Assembly: GCA_051382305.1 (NCBI GenBank)
Contig: JBBCAV010000177.1
Span: 1 to 23,972, forward strand
Reading direction: 5' to 3'
Source of the DNA: Bdellovibrionota bacterium FG-2
GTDB taxonomy: Bacteria; Bdellovibrionota; UBA1018
DNA length: 23,972 nucleotides
Shown: positions 1-8,577 of the stretch, piece after piece
Layout: every line of letters begins with the position of its first letter
Position numbering within the stretch: position 1 is the stretch's first letter
Made by a program: the position numbers and the translations under genes
The notes under the pieces: model-generated
Told to the model about the DNA's origin: nothing
The model's input: only the letters and a program-made list of their open reading frames with translations
The model's database searches: none

Positions 1-146
1 TTCGATCAGGGGAGCCAAGGATTTTTGCCTTATTCGAAGCTATCTCTCCACCTGCAGAAAAAATGGAGTGCATCCCATGGATGCGCTGCGGACGCTGTTC
101 GCAGGAAAATTACCCGACTTCATGTCCTAGACGGCTGGCCAATTAC
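1..146 (+). mobile_element. Right end of an IS66-family insertion sequence
   Basis: The transposase stop at 130 is followed by GCTGGCCAATTAC ending at 146. Its reverse complement begins GTAA, the usual IS66 terminus. Unrelated coding sequence starts immediately afterwards. Confidence 0.7.
2..130 (+). CDS. IS66-family transposase, C-terminal end (runs off the left edge)
   Basis: Frame 2 translates to SIRGAKDFCLIRSYLSTCRKNGVHPMDALRTLFAGKLPDFMS*, matching the GAxxFCxIRSYLSTCRKNG C-terminus of single-ORF (ISBst12-like) IS66 transposases. Confidence 0.85.
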   Translation, partial: SIRGAKDFCLIRSYLSTCRKNGVHPMDALRTLFAGKLPDFMS

Positions 147-147
147 G

Positions 148-381
148 CTCGTACTTTCTCGGGGTAGATAAATCCAATTAAACGATCTTCCCTCCTCAGT
201 AGTGAATCCAGCGCCGCTGAAAATTGGGAGTAGAAACGAGCTTCGTACGCTGGAAGAAGTTGAGCGAGATCACATCGCCTCTGTTCTTGCTCTTGAGCCT
301 AATCAAGAGGCGGCGGCGGAAATACTGGGCACGACCACGGTGACTCTTTGGCGGAAGCGCAAGCAGTATGGGTTGCCGTAA
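148..381 (+). pseudogene. 3' remnant of a sigma-54-dependent (NtrC/AlgB-like) activator, Fis-type HTH
   Basis: Translates LVLSRGR*IQLNDLP...RTLEEVERDHIASVLALEPNQEAAAEILGTTTVTLWRKRKQYGLP*, the typical end of an enhancer-binding protein. There is an in-frame TAA at 169-171 and the 5' part is cut off by the IS66 end. Confidence 0.8.
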
Positions 382-383
382 TC

Positions 384-1271
384 CTAGCGTGCTCTAAACC
401 AAATCGCGGATTCGTCGTGGTGCGCGGTGAGGGTAATCCGGTCGCCTTTTTGGTATGAACTTGGTTTTTCGGTTACCTGGATTGCTTGTTTCCAGCTCGA
501 AAGTTTCGCGAGCCCTGGGCCACTGCTGAGCATTGTATTTTCGTCGAGATACAGTTCAAACCAGTAGGCGATCGCGTGCAGTACGCCGCCCTCTGAAATG
601 GCAAAGTCCACGGGGACAGACTCTTTTTCAGGAAGATTGCTAAAGTCAAAATTGAAGACGGATGTCGGCGCGCAAAGAGGGCGGTATTTCATCTTATCAA
701 GATGAATCCCGACATAATCATCCAGGCCAAAATCGTTAAACGCTCGAACATCGAAACCAGCCGCATCTCCCACGCGATAGTTTTCAAAAATTTCCTGGGA
801 TTCAATCCCCATTGCCATCACACGGACGCGCGCCGGAATGATCTGCGCGCCGGGCTTAAGCAGGTGTTCCTTCGCATGTTTGATCGCCCTAAAGGCCCCT
901 TCACCGAGCAAGCCATCGTCAAAAATTTCTGTGACCAAAATATCAAATCGCTCTGGAAGCTCTGCGCCCACTTTGAGGCTTGTCGAAAGACATTCCATTA
1001 CGCGAATTCGCTCGGCATAACCATTTTGTTGAATAATCTTCGTTGCTTTCCGCGCTATGACTGAAACGCCCTCACAGGTCACGACCTGCGAAGCCCCGTG
1101 GCGTGCGGCCATGAGCGCGAGAAGGCCGGCCCCGGTCCCAATATCCAGGACTGCCCCCTTTTTCGCGTGTAAAGCAGCGCCCAACGCCTGATCGTACGCC
1201 TCGTTACGAACAGAGTCATTCATCATCGGAAAATGCCAGAGAGCAACGTCTTCTACTAATTCACGATCCAT
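384..1271 (-). CDS. PRMT7/PRMT9-like SAM-dependent protein (arginine) methyltransferase
   Basis: WHFPMMNDSVRNEAY, motif I VLDIGTGAGLL, double-E loop TEIFDDGLLGEG, AYWFEL, and SSWKQA in the THW-loop position. ATG at 1271 (MDRELVED) preferred over the TTG at 1337. Confidence 0.8.
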   Translation of the reverse strand: MDRELVEDVALWHFPMMNDSVRNEAYDQALGAALHAKKGAVLDIGTGAGLLALMAARHGASQVVTCEGVSVIARKATKIIQQNGYAERIRVMECLSTSLKVGAELPERFDILVTEIFDDGLLGEGAFRAIKHAKEHLLKPGAQIIPARVRVMAMGIESQEIFENYRVGDAAGFDVRAFNDFGLDDYVGIHLDKMKYRPLCAPTSVFNFDFSNLPEKESVPVDFAISEGGVLHAIAYWFELYLDENTMLSSGPGLAKLSSWKQAIQVTEKPSSYQKGDRITLTAHHDESAIWFRAR

Positions 1272-1359
1272 AGTCGACACACTATCCCGGGACTCGGGTA
1301 GAAAGCCAGAGCGGATTTTCCTATCCGAACACCCCAAAAAAAGGGTAAGAATCTCCGAT

Positions 1360-2490
1360 ATGAGCGCTTTTTCTGATTTTAATCTTCTTTCATCCCTTCA
1401 AACGACCCTAACTGAAAAGGAACTCGTTACCCCGACCGAAATCCAAGACCGAGCGATGCCTTTGCTGCTTGCTGGACGCTCGGTAGTTGGTGTTGCCGAA
1501 ACTGGCAGTGGCAAGACGCTCGCGTATGCGCTTCCTTTGCTTCATCTTTTGAAGAAACTCGAGACCCAGGCAAAACCAGTGAGCATTGAGCGTCAGCCTC
1601 GCGCTGTGGTGGTGGTTCCCACTCGTGAACTCGGGGAGCAAGTGTCTCGGGTTTTTAAATCCTTTACTCATGCCACCCGTCTGCGGGTTCGTACGGTTCT
1701 TGGCGGAACGACTTTAGAAATCGCAAAGAGAAATATCCAGGGCCACTTCGAAATCCTGGTCGCGACTCCAGGTCGTCTCGTGAAATTGATCGACCGACGC
1801 CTCCTTAATTTGAGTGATGTTCGAACTTTGATTTTTGATGAAGCCGATCAGATGCTAGACCAAGGATTCTTGCCTGATGCGCTCCGAATCGTGAGCGCTT
1901 GTCCGCCCAAGCCGCAGCTTGTCTTATTCTCTGCCACGGTGTCTCCTGCGGTGCAAGCGCTCATGAACAAGCTGTTTGTCGGCGTAGAGGTGATTCGAAG
2001 TCAAGGGAGCCATCACTTGGTGCCCACACTGACTACGAAGAACCTTAATGTGATCGATGGGAAACGGTTTCCCCTTCTTGAGAGTCTGCTTGTCGACTCG
2101 GTGAAGGGTGGTACCTTGATTTTCACTAACACGCGTGCACAGTGTGATAAGCTTGCGCTTGAATTAAAGAAGATCGATCGCCCCTGTGCCGTGTATCGGG
2201 GGGAGATGGACAAGGTTGAACGTCGCGCAAATTTGAAAACCTTTCGTGATGGAAAGATCGACCTCCTGATCTCTACGGATCTCGCATCCCGTGGTCTGGA
2301 TGTGGAGCACGTCGGGCGTGTTATTAACTATCACTTGCCTCAACAAATGGAGAACTATATCCACCGGGTTGGCCGAACCGCACGAGCGGGGCGAAAAGGC
2401 TTAGTGATTAATTTTGTGACCGAGCGAGATGAACCGCTAGTGAGGCAGTTGAAAAGTGTTCAAGCAGCACCGCGTGGACCTCGGTCTTAA
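1360..2490 (+). CDS. DEAD-box RNA helicase (minimal core, short tail)
   Basis: PTEIQ, AETGSGKT, PTREL, TPGR, DEAD, SAT, SRGLD, HRVGRTARAG. Confidence 0.95.
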   Translation: MSAFSDFNLLSSLQTTLTEKELVTPTEIQDRAMPLLLAGRSVVGVAETGSGKTLAYALPLLHLLKKLETQAKPVSIERQPRAVVVVPTRELGEQVSRVFKSFTHATRLRVRTVLGGTTLEIAKRNIQGHFEILVATPGRLVKLIDRRLLNLSDVRTLIFDEADQMLDQGFLPDALRIVSACPPKPQLVLFSATVSPAVQALMNKLFVGVEVIRSQGSHHLVPTLTTKNLNVIDGKRFPLLESLLVDSVKGGTLIFTNTRAQCDKLALELKKIDRPCAVYRGEMDKVERRANLKTFRDGKIDLLISTDLASRGLDVEHVGRVINYHLPQQMENYIHRVGRTARAGRKGLVINFVTERDEPLVRQLKSVQAAPRGPRS

Positions 2491-3553
2491 ACGTTATCCT
2501 CCTCATTCTAAAGAAACGCTCCAGGCCTGGGACAGCGCGGATGAGCTGATTCTAGAGCACCTCAGTCAGCTCGAACTTAAGGGGAAAAAGATTCTGATCA
2601 TTCATGATCAGTTCGGAGCCTTGAGTTGTTCGTTAAAGAATGCGGCAGAAGCGCTGGATGTCACCACTTACACTGACTCTTATTTGAGCTTTAAAGCCAT
2701 GCAGCTCAATAGCGAAGGTCGTGTTCATGCCTTCAATGAGCTTAAGCACTTGGCCGGTCCCTACGACCTTGTTTTGATTCGTGTGCCCAAAAATATGTCC
2801 TATTTTGAGGATATTCTGTGCCACTTAAGCGGGCATCTCCCTGTAAACTCAAAGGTTATTTGTGGATACATGATTAAGCATCAAGCGAAGGCAAGCTTCG
2901 AGCTCCTGAATCGAATCATAGGCGAGACGACAACAAGCCTGGCGCAAAAAAAAGCGCGACTGATCCTTGCTGCTTTTGAGCGAAAACCTGCTCCCTCTCC
3001 GTACCCGCTTCATGTACGCCTTGAGCAGTTTCAGACTCCTTTCGTTAATCATTCAAATCTCTTTAGCCGAGAAAAGCTTGATATTGGGACTCGTTTCCTG
3101 TTGGACCATCTTCCACGAGGGAGCTACCAGAGAATCCTCGATCTTGGTTGTGCGAACGGGATTATTGGGATCGCAGCCAAACAACTTAACTCCGGCGCAC
3201 ATTTGATCTTTACTGACGAATCCCAAATGGCCATCCAAAGTGCCATGGCCAACTACCAAAGCAATTTCTCGGACGACGCAGAATTTCATTGGACTCATTG
3301 TTTTGAAAGTCAGACCCCCTGCTCTGTGGATCTCGTGCTCTGCAATCCTCCTTTTCACCAAGGGACCACCATGGGGGATCTTACTGCGCGCCAGATGTTT
3401 ACGGATGCTCATCAGGCCTTAGCCCCGGGCGGCCTCCTGCGGGTAATCGGAAACACCCATCTTCGTTATCAAAATACGCTTAAGCAAATTTTTGGAAATT
3501 CCCAACGCGTAGCCACCCATCAAAAATTTACGATTGTAGACGCGGTCAAATAG
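2456..3553 (+). CDS. rlmG: 23S rRNA m2G1835 methyltransferase RlmG-like
   Basis: LKRYP..LQAWDSADE N-terminus, FSREKLDIGTRF, LDLGCANG, NPPFH. The start is uncertain (GTG 2456 or GTG 2474) and overlaps the helicase end. Confidence 0.88.
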   Translation: MFKQHRVDLGLKRYPPHSKETLQAWDSADELILEHLSQLELKGKKILIIHDQFGALSCSLKNAAEALDVTTYTDSYLSFKAMQLNSEGRVHAFNELKHLAGPYDLVLIRVPKNMSYFEDILCHLSGHLPVNSKVICGYMIKHQAKASFELLNRIIGETTTSLAQKKARLILAAFERKPAPSPYPLHVRLEQFQTPFVNHSNLFSREKLDIGTRFLLDHLPRGSYQRILDLGCANGIIGIAAKQLNSGAHLIFTDESQMAIQSAMANYQSNFSDDAEFHWTHCFESQTPCSVDLVLCNPPFHQGTTMGDLTARQMFTDAHQALAPGGLLRVIGNTHLRYQNTLKQIFGNSQRVATHQKFTIVDAVK

Positions 3554-3555
3554 TC

Positions 3556-4467
3556 TTACGGGATTTTGGGATGACAAATCCACGTCACTTCTTTTTTGCC
3601 ATTTAAAAGGTGTAACACGCGACTATGAGGGATTTTGCGAAAGCGATCGACCATTTTTGGGTCAACATCGCCCGTGAATTTTACATTGCAGACAAACTTC
3701 TGGCAATGTCCGGACTGAATCCAAGTTTGAACGTAAGTGTAGAGTTTTTCGGGAAAACAAATGACGTCGCTGAAGACCCAATCCATCGGGGTGGGTTGAA
3801 ATGAAAAAGCATCGCCACGTTTAAATTCAACATTCCGGCTTTTCATCACGGCCGGGGCAAGCTCGGAGCGATCAATGCTCAGTATTTGCGCTTGCAGCTG
3901 GGCCAAAGCCCAACTCCACGATCCAGGAGACGAGCCAAGATCGACCACCTGCTCCCCGCGCTTGGGCCATTCGCCCAAAATCGTTAGCGCTTCCCAGAGC
4001 TTTAGGTACGCTCGACTTGGCGGCTGAGTTTTGTTTTCAAGGAAGGCGATTTGCCCATCGACCGTGGGACGTTGAACCTCATGGCTGTAATAAATCAGAT
4101 CCGTCGCGGCCATCGTGAACACGGGGACAGCGGAGTCGGGAATGGTAACGGGAAAAGCAAGGGTCTCATGCTGTTTCTTAAGAAAAGGATCGGCAATGAG
4201 GGCCCCCCTGCGATGAAAAAGATCCCCGTGATAGCGCCAAGATTTTGAAATAGCTTTTAGCTTTTTTCGGCCGTCCGTAATGGATTCAATCCTGAGGCCA
4301 CGCACATCGCGCCATACACAGTCGGCCCACGAGGGCTCGATCTTATCTTGGGCGATCCAGAGCATCGAAGGCGTGGAATTTAAAATCGTCGCGCCTAAAT
4401 ACTTCAGCTCCGCCAAGAGTTCTGGATGGAAATCCTTGGAGCGAATAACGATTTGCCGTGGCTCCAC
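3556..4467 (-). CDS. RlmM/FtsJ-like RNA 2'-O-methyltransferase
   Basis: PPSRAYLKLWEAL, DLGSSPGSW, GDAF, VFSD, NVK, KKEVT give the K-D-K-E tetrad of the FtsJ fold. Starts 6 nt after the rhlE stop. Confidence 0.8.
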   Translation of the reverse strand: MEPRQIVIRSKDFHPELLAELKYLGATILNSTPSMLWIAQDKIEPSWADCVWRDVRGLRIESITDGRKKLKAISKSWRYHGDLFHRRGALIADPFLKKQHETLAFPVTIPDSAVPVFTMAATDLIYYSHEVQRPTVDGQIAFLENKTQPPSRAYLKLWEALTILGEWPKRGEQVVDLGSSPGSWSWALAQLQAQILSIDRSELAPAVMKSRNVEFKRGDAFSFQPTPMDWVFSDVICFPEKLYTYVQTWIQSGHCQKFVCNVKFTGDVDPKMVDRFRKIPHSRVLHLLNGKKEVTWICHPKIP

Positions 4468-4473
4468 GGCCGT

Positions 4474-5874
4474 CTAGTGTGCCGCCCCAGTTGCCTGGCT
4501 CCGGCGGCGCCGTTTGCGTCGATTATTGGGACTTGCAGGCGGATTGCCCGCGAGGGTTGTTGGAGTGTTGCGAGCCACAATAATGACATGGGCATTGCCT
4601 GAGCCCGTGCGGATCTGTGGGGCAGCGGACGTCGAGGTAATGCGGGGGGGGTGAAACTGATGTTCGCTTCGATCATGATGTGGGGCATGGTGTGCAGCAT
4701 GATGTGCGGGGCGCGCGCGGCCCCTGCTCTTGCCTTCGGTCGCTAGTCCCTCGGGTGTCGCGAGAACTTTGATCCGCATGCGAATGAGGCGCTCGATATC
4801 CGCGAGGTAGGCCCGCTCGTCTCCTGCGCAAAACGAAAAGGCACTGCCCGCAGCACCCGCGCGTGCGGTTCGCCCAATCCGGTGCACATAGCTTTCCGCG
4901 ATGTTCGGAATGTCATGGTTAAAAACATGAGTGACGTTATCGATGTCGATTCCGCGAGCCGCAATATCGGTCGCGACGAGGACTCGGCAATGGCCCTTTT
5001 TGATCATCTCCAGCGCTCGTTCACGCGCGCCTTGTGATTTGTTGCCGTGAATGGCTTCGGAGCGAATGCCGGCGTCATTTAAAGAGTCCGAAACTCGATT
5101 GGCATCACGCTTTGTTCGCGTGAAAACCAAGCCTTTTTGAACATCGAGGTCCTTGATGAGATGAATGAGGAGTGCCGTCTTTTGTTTTTTGTCGGCGTAA
5201 TAGATCGTTTGTTCGACTTTTTCGGACGTGGAGGCCACGGGAGTCACTTCGATCATAATGGGGTGGGTCAGAATCTGTTCTGAAAGTTTACGAATTTCAG
5301 GAGGCATCGTTGCCGAGAAAAATAAGGTCTGACGCTTTTTGGGAATCGCGGTAATAATTCGGCGAACGTCATGAATAAAGCCCATGTCGAGCATGCGATC
5401 GGCTTCATCGAGAACGAAAACTTCAAGACCCTGAAAATTCACCAGCCGTTGTTGCATTAAATCCAAGAGTCGCCCCGGCGTTGCAATCAGGACATCGACT
5501 CCTTGTCTCAAAGCCTTCACTTGTGGATTCTGGCCGACGCCGCCGAAAACAACCGTGTTACGCAGCGTGAGTCCCTTGCCATAATCCGTGAAACTCTGAC
5601 CGATTTGAGAGGCCAGTTCTCGCGTCGGAGTCAAAATAAGAACGCGAACGTTGCGCGCGCCTTGTCCGTAGCGTTTGTCTTCGGTCAAAAGCTGAAGAAT
5701 CGGGAGCGCGAAGGCTGCCGTCTTGCCGGTGCCGGTTTGCGCACAGGCTAGAACGTCTTTTCCGGCCAAAACCAGAGGAATTGCCTGGAGTTGGATTGGA
5801 GTAGGGGTGTGATAGCCCTCGGCTTTAACGGCATGAAGAAGCGGATCGATGAGGTTCAGAGATTCAAATTTCAT
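4474..5874 (-). CDS. rhlE: DEAD-box RNA helicase RhlE
   Basis: PTPIQ, AQTGTGKT, PTRELA, GGVGQNPQ, DEADRMLDMGFIHD, SAT, HGNKSQGAR, HRIGRTARAG, then a His/Arg-rich tail. ATG 5874 (MKFESLNL) preferred as start. Confidence 0.92.
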   Translation of the reverse strand: MKFESLNLIDPLLHAVKAEGYHTPTPIQLQAIPLVLAGKDVLACAQTGTGKTAAFALPILQLLTEDKRYGQGARNVRVLILTPTRELASQIGQSFTDYGKGLTLRNTVVFGGVGQNPQVKALRQGVDVLIATPGRLLDLMQQRLVNFQGLEVFVLDEADRMLDMGFIHDVRRIITAIPKKRQTLFFSATMPPEIRKLSEQILTHPIMIEVTPVASTSEKVEQTIYYADKKQKTALLIHLIKDLDVQKGLVFTRTKRDANRVSDSLNDAGIRSEAIHGNKSQGARERALEMIKKGHCRVLVATDIAARGIDIDNVTHVFNHDIPNIAESYVHRIGRTARAGAAGSAFSFCAGDERAYLADIERLIRMRIKVLATPEGLATEGKSRGRARPAHHAAHHAPHHDRSEHQFHPPRITSTSAAPQIRTGSGNAHVIIVARNTPTTLAGNPPASPNNRRKRRRRSQATGAAH

Positions 5875-5965
5875 AGTGAGGCGCAACCTAGCTGATTTTG
5901 ACACACAATACCAGAAGCAAATTTCTCACGCTTGCGCGTGGAGGCGGACGCCCGGGATAATTCGT

Positions 5966-6030
5966 AAAACAGCATCACATGCTACTTTTTAAACACCTTT
6001 TCAAAAACAGCATGTAATGCTATTTTTGAA
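5966..6030. promoter_or_regulatory. Two palindromic operator-like sites (AGCAT-N3-ATGCT) overlapping a probable sigma-70 promoter
   Basis: AAAACAGCATCACATGCTACTTTT (5966-5989) and TTCAAAAACAGCATGTAATGCTATTTTTGAA (6000-6030) lie 38 bp apart. TTTTCA-N17-TATTTT with an extended TG ends 7 nt before ATG 6034. Confidence 0.7.
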
Positions 6031-6033
6031 ACT

Positions 6034-7254
6034 ATGCCACACTCTCGAAAAAGGTACCTTGAGCCACTCCTCAAGAACAGCATGAATCTAAGCCCATTGG
6101 TTGGAGTCATTGGGCATCGCCAGGTTGGCAAGACGACCCTGGTTGAGCAGCACGCGCAACGTTATTACGTTCTTGACCAGAAGAAGGAACAAATCCTGGC
6201 GAAGGACGATCCCCAGGCTTACCTCTCTGCTCGAGCGGGTAGTTGGGTCGCCCTTGATGAATGTCAAAACGTACCCGAGTTATTCCCGGAACTAAAGGAG
6301 TGGGTTCGCACCCACAAGAGGCCCGGGCAATTTATACTCAGTGGATCGGTTCGGTTCAGTTCACGTGAAGCCATCAAGGAGTCCCTTGCGGGAAGGATTG
6401 TCAATCTCGAACTCCTACCCTTTACCGTGACGGAAGCTCACTCTGAGCCCCTTTCGAGTTTCCTAATTAATGCGCTCGAAGCATCAGATTTTAGTCGATG
6501 GGAACATTCGCTTTCGCCCGCTTTGCCCGCCATTGAGAAGCGTCACCAACAACTGAAAAAATACTGGGACACAGGAGGACTTCCGGGGGTGTGTTTTCTG
6601 CATGATCCCAAACAAAGACGTTTTAGGATCGAAGAGCAACTGCTGACCATTCTTGATCGTGATATTCGTCTCGTTAAGAAAATTCAGCTTCCCTTAGGAG
6701 ACATTCGAGCGGTTTTGACCGCGTTGGCGGAGCAGCAGGGTGGGCCGCTAGATTTAACACGCATTCGTAGTGAGTCAGGTGTCTCTCTTCCAACCATCAA
6801 GAAACTTCTTTATGTGTTTGAGGCGGTGTTTCTCATTCGTCCGATTCGAATCACTGGCTCCACTAGAGGAACGTGTGTCTTCTTTGAGGACCTAGCAGAA
6901 GCAAGGCATCTTACCCCACAAAAAGGCTACTCTGATCTCGAACTCTTTACCCATTCGCTTTTCCTTAATCTTCGGTCTCAATTTGAATACCGTCTAGGAG
7001 AAACTTACTCGGTGTTTCGCTTTGAAACACGAGGGGGGGCCCTGGTGCCCCTTTGTTTTCAAACTCGCATTGGGTCTGTCGGAATCATCCCTGTATTGTC
7101 TGATGAAGATGCCTACCGCCAGAATACCGGGAGCATTCGTAGTTTTTTGAGTAAGTACGCACAGTCAAAAATACTCCTTGTTCACCTTTCAAAGAGGCCA
7201 CCACAGGCGATCTCGGATCGAATCATGAGTGTCGCTGCGGGAACGATTCTTTAA
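6034..7254 (+). CDS. AAA_14 ATPase / DUF4143 family protein
   Basis: Walker A GHRQVGKTT, Walker B LDECQ, FILSGS, ESLAGR, LLPF, GGLP, RDI, and an HTH-like segment SGVSLPTIKKLLYVFE. Confidence 0.88.
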   Translation: MPHSRKRYLEPLLKNSMNLSPLVGVIGHRQVGKTTLVEQHAQRYYVLDQKKEQILAKDDPQAYLSARAGSWVALDECQNVPELFPELKEWVRTHKRPGQFILSGSVRFSSREAIKESLAGRIVNLELLPFTVTEAHSEPLSSFLINALEASDFSRWEHSLSPALPAIEKRHQQLKKYWDTGGLPGVCFLHDPKQRRFRIEEQLLTILDRDIRLVKKIQLPLGDIRAVLTALAEQQGGPLDLTRIRSESGVSLPTIKKLLYVFEAVFLIRPIRITGSTRGTCVFFEDLAEARHLTPQKGYSDLELFTHSLFLNLRSQFEYRLGETYSVFRFETRGGALVPLCFQTRIGSVGIIPVLSDEDAYRQNTGSIRSFLSKYAQSKILLVHLSKRPPQAISDRIMSVAAGTIL

Positions 7255-7261
7255 GAGATTA

Positions 7262-7290
7262 TTGGCATGGCGGCGCTTTCAAGTTAGACT
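7262..7290 (+). promoter_or_regulatory. Sigma-70-type promoter, near-leaderless
   Basis: TTGGCA-N17-TAGACT, 9 nt before ATG 7300, with no Shine-Dalgarno. Confidence 0.6.
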
Positions 7291-7299
7291 TCTCTCATA

Positions 7300-8085
7300 A
7301 TGACCCACTCCAATCTCGAATTCTCCGGCAAAACAGTTCTTATCTCCGGCGGCACCAAGGGCCTTGGTTTTAGCACGGCCTGTCTTTTTGCTAAAAACGG
7401 CGCTGATGTTTTTCTGAGCTATCGCTCGGATGAAGTGCGAGCGCTTCATGCCGCTGAAGAAATCAGAACCCTAGGCGCGCGCTGCGAGCTCGTGAACTGC
7501 GACCTCTCCGAGGAGGGGTCGGTGGATCAACTCTTTGATCAAGTCGCGGCAAAGACGCCTAAGCTTGATATTTATGTGCATAACGCTGCGGCCACTGCGT
7601 TTAAGAATCTACTGGAATTAAAAAGCCACCACATCGACAAGACTCTCAACATGACAATTAAGGGCTTTATCTTAGGCGTGCAGCGTGCCGTGGCACTGAT
7701 GCCGCAAGGGGGATGGGTCGTCACTGTTAGTGGAATGGACACTCTCAAGGCAGTTCCGAGGCATGGCCTTCTAGGGGGCGCCAAGGCGGCTTTAGAAACT
7801 CTGACCGCTTATTATGCCCACGAACTTGCTCCCCGAAAAATTCGCGTAAACGGCGTGAATCCTGGCTATTTGGATACAGAATCGACTCGCAAATATTTAG
7901 GGCCTACCTTTGAAACCGTGAAAAACTTTTTTGCGCAACAGGGGCCTCTTAAGCGCACACCTTCTTTGGATGAAGTATCTGAAGTCATTCTCTTCTTATG
8001 TTCCGAGCGCTCAAGCTGGATTGTGGGTCAGACGCTTAATGTGGATGGGGGCTTGGATTTTTCAATGACGGCTCCTTCTGTCTAG
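7300..8085 (+). CDS. SDR oxidoreductase, FabL/enoyl-ACP-reductase-like
   Basis: SGGTKGLG, VHNAA, AKAALETLTAYYAHELAP, IRVNGVNPG, GQTLNVDGG. Confidence 0.85.
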   Translation: MTHSNLEFSGKTVLISGGTKGLGFSTACLFAKNGADVFLSYRSDEVRALHAAEEIRTLGARCELVNCDLSEEGSVDQLFDQVAAKTPKLDIYVHNAAATAFKNLLELKSHHIDKTLNMTIKGFILGVQRAVALMPQGGWVVTVSGMDTLKAVPRHGLLGGAKAALETLTAYYAHELAPRKIRVNGVNPGYLDTESTRKYLGPTFETVKNFFAQQGPLKRTPSLDEVSEVILFLCSERSSWIVGQTLNVDGGLDFSMTAPSV

Positions 8086-8373
8086 TCCGCTGTATAGTCC
8101 TTTTGTAAAGTCCCAAGATACGCTGTAAAACACATTACTGATAAGGATCGTCTGCCTCGCGTAGTGACTAACTTCTGTACAGCTCAACTCCAAGAAAGAA
8201 TTCGCACCTGAATTTTTATGCCACTAAATTCAGCACCCTTCTCAGAATTTCCCCATTCTCGGTCATTTTAAACCTCTAATCGCTTCTGGAATCACCGAAC
8301 AGATCCACTTTAATTCCAAGGACTTACAAAACAAAAAACCTGTGTTATAACTAATTAATAAAGGAAGTAACCT

Positions 8374-8571
8374 ATGACTACAAAAAATGTAAAGCTACCC
8401 CAAAAAGGGGCCGTCGCCAAAATCACGGAGATCCGTAAAGGACTGCGCAATCAGCCCGCGTCAAAGGATCTGCGCGATGTCTTCAAAAAAGACAAAGACG
8501 CTCCCGCGGAACTACCAGAAAAGACGATTGCTTCAACGCCAGGGAAAAGGGATCCAGACCTCGGGCTATAG
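8374..8571 (+). CDS. Small Lys-rich protein, possible antitoxin/partner of the downstream PIN protein
   Basis: AAGGAAG upstream of the ATG, 65 aa, highly charged, ends 6 nt before the PIN gene start. Confidence 0.5.
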   Translation: MTTKNVKLPQKGAVAKITEIRKGLRNQPASKDLRDVFKKDKDAPAELPEKTIASTPGKRDPDLGL

Positions 8572-8577
8572 ACACCA

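Noticed and set aside
141-151. AATTACGCTCG shared with 9466-9476, as a possible second IS66 end
   Set aside because: An 11-bp match is expected by chance in 24 kb, and the rest of the IS terminus is absent at 9466.
384-1271. PRMT-like enzyme as self-protection against arginine-specific ARTs
   Set aside because: About 11 kb away, in a different gene context, with no shared promoter motif. No sequence support.
8091-8113. TGTATAGTCC / TGTAAAGTCC short direct repeat as integrase arm-type sites
   Set aside because: Only two 10-bp imperfect copies, and no integrase, tRNA or core att site is seen.
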